Source: Chloroflexota bacterium (GTDB lineage: Bacteria; Chloroflexota; Dehalococcoidia; SM23-28-2; RBG-16-64-32). From it: a DNA stretch of 34,009 bases. Every line of letters begins with the position of its first letter. The stretch's first letter is position 1. Shown in pieces: positions 30,367-34,009 of this stretch. The DNA lies in the NCBI GenBank assembly GCA_005880055.1, contig VBJS01000053.1, forward strand, positions 1 to 34,009, given 5' to 3'. Below the pieces are notes generated by a model. The model had not been told where the DNA came from, searched no databases, and was given only the letters and a program-made list of their open reading frames with translations. Both the position numbers and the translations under genes were made by a program.

Positions 30367-32049
30367 ATGCCTCTGCTCACCGGGCGCAGCGCCATGATCG
30401 AGCAATTGCTCGCTGAAGGCGTCAGATATATCTTCGGCAACCCAGGCACTACCGAGCAGGCGTTCATGGATGCTCTCCAGGACTACCCACAGTTGCAGTA
30501 CATCCTGGCTCTTCAGGAGAGCGTCGCCATTGGCGTCGCGGACGGCTATGCGCGAGCGAGTGGGCGTCCCTCCTTCGTGCAACTGCACATCATGCCCGGC
30601 CTGGGGAACGCGATGGGGATGTTGTACAACTCCTATCGCACTCACACACCGATGGTGATCTACGCCGGTCAGCACCCACAGCGAGGCAACTCGCAGGACC
30701 CAATTCTGGCCGGCGACCTGGTGCGGCTGGCGCAACCGCTCACGAAGTCCGGGGTGGAAGCGCAGGATGCCAACGAGATCCCAATCCTGCTGAGGCGGGC
30801 GTTCAAGCTGGCTCTCGAGCCGCCGCGAGGGCCTGTGTTTCTTGCAGTACCGACGAACGTGATGGACGAAGAGTGCGAGGAGCCGATTGTCGCTTCGGCG
30901 GCGGCCGATCTGCGGCTGCGGCCGGCGCCGGAAGTGATCCGCCGGATGGCCTCGATGCTCGCGGGCGCCCGGTCGCCGCTCATCATCTGTGGCGACGGTG
31001 TGGCAATCGCCGGCGGGCAGGGAGAGCTTATCCGCCTAGCGGAAACGGTCGGCGCGCGAGTCCACGCGTCGTTTTCCCCAGAGCTACCATTCCCCTCAAA
31101 GCATCCACTATACGCGGGGCTCCTCAACGTAGTCTCGGCGCCCGCTCTAAAGGGACAGCTGTCCACTGCCGACCTGATTCTCGCCATCGGCACGCCTGTG
31201 CTCCCGTTGCTGTTCCCCCTCGACGAACCTCCCTTCCCGGCGGAAGCGCACATCGTTCACATCGATTCCGACGCGAGCGAGATCGGCAAGAATTGGCCCG
31301 CCGAGATCGGAGTCGCCGCCGACCCACGGCTGACGCTGAAGGACGTGAACGAGGAGTTGAAGGGGATGATGACAGATGAGCAACGGCAAGCGGCGCGCGC
31401 TCGTGCAGATGCGGTTGCGGCTTTGGGCGACCAGATGATGCAGGCGCTGGAGGGCGCAGCGCGGGCGCGCTGGGACAGCCATCCGATGAGCGCCGGCCGG
31501 ATGATGAGCGAAATCGGCGACGCGCTGCACCCGGACACCGTGCTCTTCGACGAGTCGATCACGTCCGGTGGTTACTTGATGCGGTACCTGCGCTTCGAGG
31601 ATACGGGCCGGCACTACCGCGCAGCCGGCGGCGGGCTGGGGCCCGGCATGCCGAACCCGATCGGCATCAAGCTGGCGCGGCCGGAAGCGCGCGTCCTCTC
31701 GGTCGTCGGCGACGGCTCGGCGTTGTACACGATTCAGGCGTTATGGACGGCCGCCCACCACAAGGTTCCCGTCACCTGGGTGATCGCCAACAACCGAAGC
31801 TACCGGATCCTGAAACTGAACATGCTGGAGTACCTGGGCGAGGGCGCCGCCGGACGGAAGTTCGTGGAGATGGACATGACGGACCCACCCGTGGACTTCG
31901 CGCAGATCGCAGCATCGTTCGGGGTCAAGGGAGTGCGGATCGAGCATCCGGACGAGATCGGCGATGCGGTCCGGGAAGCGCAGGCCGCAGAGGAGCCTCG
32001 GCTGCTGGACATCGTTATCGAAGGTGACATCCGCTCCCGCTGGCTTTAA
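30367..32049 (+). CDS. Thiamine-diphosphate-dependent enzyme, benzoylformate-decarboxylase-like (acetolactate synthase superfamily)
   Basis: GVRYIFGNPGTTE and YILALQESVAIGVADGYARASGRPSFVQLHIMPGLGNAMGMLYN parallel P. putida MdlC as I recall it. The ThDP motif is GDGSALYTIQALWTAAHHKVPVTWVIANNRSY. The SD is AAGGGAG. Confidence 0.85.
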   Translation: MPLLTGRSAMIEQLLAEGVRYIFGNPGTTEQAFMDALQDYPQLQYILALQESVAIGVADGYARASGRPSFVQLHIMPGLGNAMGMLYNSYRTHTPMVIYAGQHPQRGNSQDPILAGDLVRLAQPLTKSGVEAQDANEIPILLRRAFKLALEPPRGPVFLAVPTNVMDEECEEPIVASAAADLRLRPAPEVIRRMASMLAGARSPLIICGDGVAIAGGQGELIRLAETVGARVHASFSPELPFPSKHPLYAGLLNVVSAPALKGQLSTADLILAIGTPVLPLLFPLDEPPFPAEAHIVHIDSDASEIGKNWPAEIGVAADPRLTLKDVNEELKGMMTDEQRQAARARADAVAALGDQMMQALEGAARARWDSHPMSAGRMMSEIGDALHPDTVLFDESITSGGYLMRYLRFEDTGRHYRAAGGGLGPGMPNPIGIKLARPEARVLSVVGDGSALYTIQALWTAAHHKVPVTWVIANNRSYRILKLNMLEYLGEGAAGRKFVEMDMTDPPVDFAQIAASFGVKGVRIEHPDEIGDAVREAQAAEEPRLLDIVIEGDIRSRWL

Positions 32050-32122
32050 CTGCCGGCCGAGTCAGATCTCTCGCCTTTTCAGACGCGCTCGATTACGATT
32101 AGGCGGGGTTTAACCCGCAGGC

Positions 32123-32314
32123 ATGCAGGACGTTAAACAGGAGTACAGCGAAGCCTACGAGGCGTGGCAAGAACAGCTGCGCGGAATGCATCGCGTCCTG
32201 CTGGAGGGCGAACGGCTTCCGCCGCCCAAGGTCAAGGGGCTTCTGAACCGCGAAGCGCGGGCCAAGGAGCGATACGACCGGGCAAGGCGCCGCCTCCTGG
32301 GCCTATCTGATTAG
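32123..32314 (+). CDS. Small helical hypothetical protein (63 aa)
   Basis: ATG start. The sequence is charged and helical (MQDVKQEYSEAYEAWQEQLRGMHRVLLEGERL..RYDRARRRLLGL). It sits immediately upstream of the ECF sigma gene. No family recognised. Confidence 0.45.
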   Translation: MQDVKQEYSEAYEAWQEQLRGMHRVLLEGERLPPPKVKGLLNREARAKERYDRARRRLLGLSD

Positions 32315-32379
32315 CGTTATCAGAGCGATGGTTGGCTGCCCGTATCTCGCTTCTTCATGCGCGCGTTTTAACGTTAGGC

Positions 32380-33018
32380 ATGAGCGAGGCTTTTTGGACT
32401 ATACCGTTGGCGAAGCCATTAGAGGGGTATAAGCCGATATCTGCCGAGGCGGGCGCCGCTAAGCGCGAAGACCCGGAGGTCGTCGCGGAATGGGACATTG
32501 TCCGCCGCGGGCAGCGCTACGAAGAAGACGCGCTGCAGGCCCTCTACGAGAAGTATTACCCGCGGATTTACAACTACGCATTCGTCCAAATAGGCGACGT
32601 GCAAGCGGCGGAGGACTTGGCGTCTGACGTTATGCTGAAGATGATCGAATCGATCGGGAAGTACCAGTTCAAGGGACTCCCGTTTGGCGCCTGGGTCTTT
32701 CGCATCGCGCGAAACCGCCTGATCGACCTGCACCGTCGCCGGCGCCGCCGGGGAGAGGTGGACCTGAGCGAGACGCTTGTAAGCACACTTGCCAACCCCC
32801 AGGCACTGGCCGAGAGGGCGTTGGAGCGCGGGCAGATTCAGGTGGCGATGCGCTACCTAACGGACGAGCAGCGGCAGGTGATCAGCCTCAAGTTCATTGA
32901 GGGTTTCGACAACCGGTCCATCGGGCGGATCATGAATCGCAATGAAGGCGCGGTGAAGTCGCTACAACACCGGGCTCTTGGGGCGCTTCGACGCGTCCTC
33001 CACACCGGGGAAGCGTAG
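32380..33018 (+). CDS. ECF-type sigma-70 family RNA polymerase sigma factor
   Basis: Region 2 is LYEKYYPRIYNYAFVQIGDVQAAEDLASDVMLKMIESIGKY..FGAWVFRIARNRLIDLHRRR. Region 4 is LTDEQRQVISLKFIEGFDNRSIGRIMNRNEGAVKSLQHRALGALRR. I prefer the ATG at 32380 to the non-ATG start at 32332. Confidence 0.88.
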   Translation: MSEAFWTIPLAKPLEGYKPISAEAGAAKREDPEVVAEWDIVRRGQRYEEDALQALYEKYYPRIYNYAFVQIGDVQAAEDLASDVMLKMIESIGKYQFKGLPFGAWVFRIARNRLIDLHRRRRRRGEVDLSETLVSTLANPQALAERALERGQIQVAMRYLTDEQRQVISLKFIEGFDNRSIGRIMNRNEGAVKSLQHRALGALRRVLHTGEA

Positions 33019-34009
33019 ATGCGTATCCGCAGCTTCCACTCCATCCTGGACGACTGCCTGGACGCCATGCAGCGCGGGGAGAGCGTCGACGGCTGCCTGA
33101 GCCGGTATCCGCGGCAGGCGGACCGGCTGCGCCCGCTCCTCCAACTGGCGGAGCGCGTACGCCGGACGCGGCCGGTAACCCCGCGGCCATGGGCGCAGGC
33201 CACATCGTGGAACCTGGTGCGACGCCATGCCTCGGACATGAGAGCCGGAAAACGGCGTCATCTGACCGACGCGGGCCACGGCATCGGGTGGGTGCGGCCG
33301 GCAGCCGTGGCGGCGGCGCTGCTGGCCGCGCTCGCGCTGGGAACCGGTGGCACGGCGCTGGCCGCGCAGAATGCCCTCCCGAACAGCCCTCTTTATCGGG
33401 TAAAGCTGGCGACTGAAGACGTGCGGCTATGGTTCGTGTTTGATGACAAGCACAAGGCGGACATCCTGCTCGCCCAGTCAAACGAGCGGACGAGCGAGAT
33501 CCTGGCGATGGTCAGCAAGGGCGAGCCGGTACCAGAAAACGTCCTTTCGACCCTGAGCGATCGCAATGGGAGGGCAGCGGAGATACTGGCCGGGCAATCG
33601 GATGCGGGCGAGTTGTCAGAGAAGCTGCGGTATCAGACGGAGGCGCAGGAGAGGTTGCTGCTGGCACTTTGGCCGGACGTGGAGGAATCCGCCCAGGGAG
33701 AGTACGCTCAGGCGGTGGCAGACATACACAACATCCGGCTGAGCCGCGGTGGCGCCCTGGTCGCAGCGGTTGACCCAGAAGAGCTTTCTGCAGGCGTGGT
33801 CAACATCTCCGGGGTGGCGCAGAAGGTGAGCGATGGCGCCTGGAGTGTAGGCGGCGTTGAGGTGCGAATCGACGACAAAACGATAGACAGTTCTCAGCTT
33901 GAATCCGGTGTAACCGGGGACTTTATCGTAGCGCGCAGCTCGAACGGCCGTCTTCACGTGCTGTCCTTCACCAATGTCAAGCCGGACCAATCACCGGCGC
34001 AGGCTGTGG
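33019..34009 (+). CDS. Anti-sigma factor candidate, single-pass membrane protein with DUF5667-like extracytoplasmic domain (3' end beyond window)
   Basis: This ORF is not in the supplied track because it has no stop inside the window. I translated it by hand:
- The ATG comes directly after the sigma stop (TAGATG).
- N-terminus: MRIRSFHSILDDCLDAMQRGESVDGCLSRYPRQADRLRPLLQLAERV.
- TM helix: WVRPAAVAAALLAALALGTGGTALA.
- Then NSPLYRVKLATEDVRLWF, typical of DUF5667.
- The frame stays open to nt 34009. Confidence 0.75.
   Translation, partial: MRIRSFHSILDDCLDAMQRGESVDGCLSRYPRQADRLRPLLQLAERVRRTRPVTPRPWAQATSWNLVRRHASDMRAGKRRHLTDAGHGIGWVRPAAVAAALLAALALGTGGTALAAQNALPNSPLYRVKLATEDVRLWFVFDDKHKADILLAQSNERTSEILAMVSKGEPVPENVLSTLSDRNGRAAEILAGQSDAGELSEKLRYQTEAQERLLLALWPDVEESAQGEYAQAVADIHNIRLSRGGALVAAVDPEELSAGVVNISGVAQKVSDGAWSVGGVEVRIDDKTIDSSQLESGVTGDFIVARSSNGRLHVLSFTNVKPDQSPAQAV

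Noticed and set aside
446-33481. Many other long antisense or out-of-frame ORFs in the track, for example 446-1441(-), 2483-3109(-), 2692-3453(-), 7556-8365(-), 8828-9544(+), 11447-12283(-), 18984-19955(+), 27678-28244(-), 28251-28898(-), 29816-30364(-) and 32930-33481(-)
   Set aside because: Each lies fully inside a gene whose product is recognisable on the other frame or strand. All have the Arg/Pro/Gly-rich composition of non-coding frames in high-GC DNA.

Overview
GC-rich bacterial chromosomal window. I did not compute GC content. A Chloroflexota-like or similar lineage is only an inference from gene content. About 30 protein genes and 2 tRNAs are present; no rRNA, CRISPR array, transposase or integrase was found.

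Layout:
- (1) 2-5947 (+): a very large surface protein gene (beta-helix, TSP3 Ca-binding repeats, 7-bladed YVTN propeller, Cys-bracketed acidic repeats). It reads in three successive frames, so it carries two frame disruptions.
- (2) 6015-12385 (+): a tandem class III nucleotidyl cyclase, AAA_16 (STAND-like) ATPase and TPR protein. Its stop overlaps (GTGA) the start of a secreted S8 subtilase.
- (3) 12416-15631 (-): a convergent CSLREA-type beta-helix protein ending in a dockerin.
- (4) 16136-19919 (-): a tightly coupled five-gene operon (YbiB/TrpD2-like, unknown, cupin, ltaE, lipoprotein).
- (5) 19941-20564 (-): a vapBC module with an intact antitoxin and a twice-frameshifted PIN toxin.
- (6) 20612-22374 (-): an AhbA/B-like tandem AsnC-fold protein and a SUOX-fold molybdoenzyme.
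- (7) Housekeeping genes lspA-rluD, then gltX followed by tRNA-Gln and tRNA-Glu.
- (8) Lipoprotein, alpha/beta hydrolase, DoxX-like membrane protein and a benzoylformate-decarboxylase-like ThDP enzyme.
- (9) An ECF sigma factor plus a DUF5667-type anti-sigma factor. The anti-sigma ORF runs off the 3' end and is missing from the ORF track.

Most notable signals:
- A perfect 126-bp in-frame tandem duplication inside the catalytic core of gltX.
- At least seven independent frame-disrupting lesions in 34 kb, from either real gene decay or consensus indel errors.
- A single-chain pseudo-heterodimeric cyclase fused to a STAND-like module and translationally coupled to a secreted protease, among giant surface proteins.

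All product calls rest on motif recognition by eye. No database search was possible.
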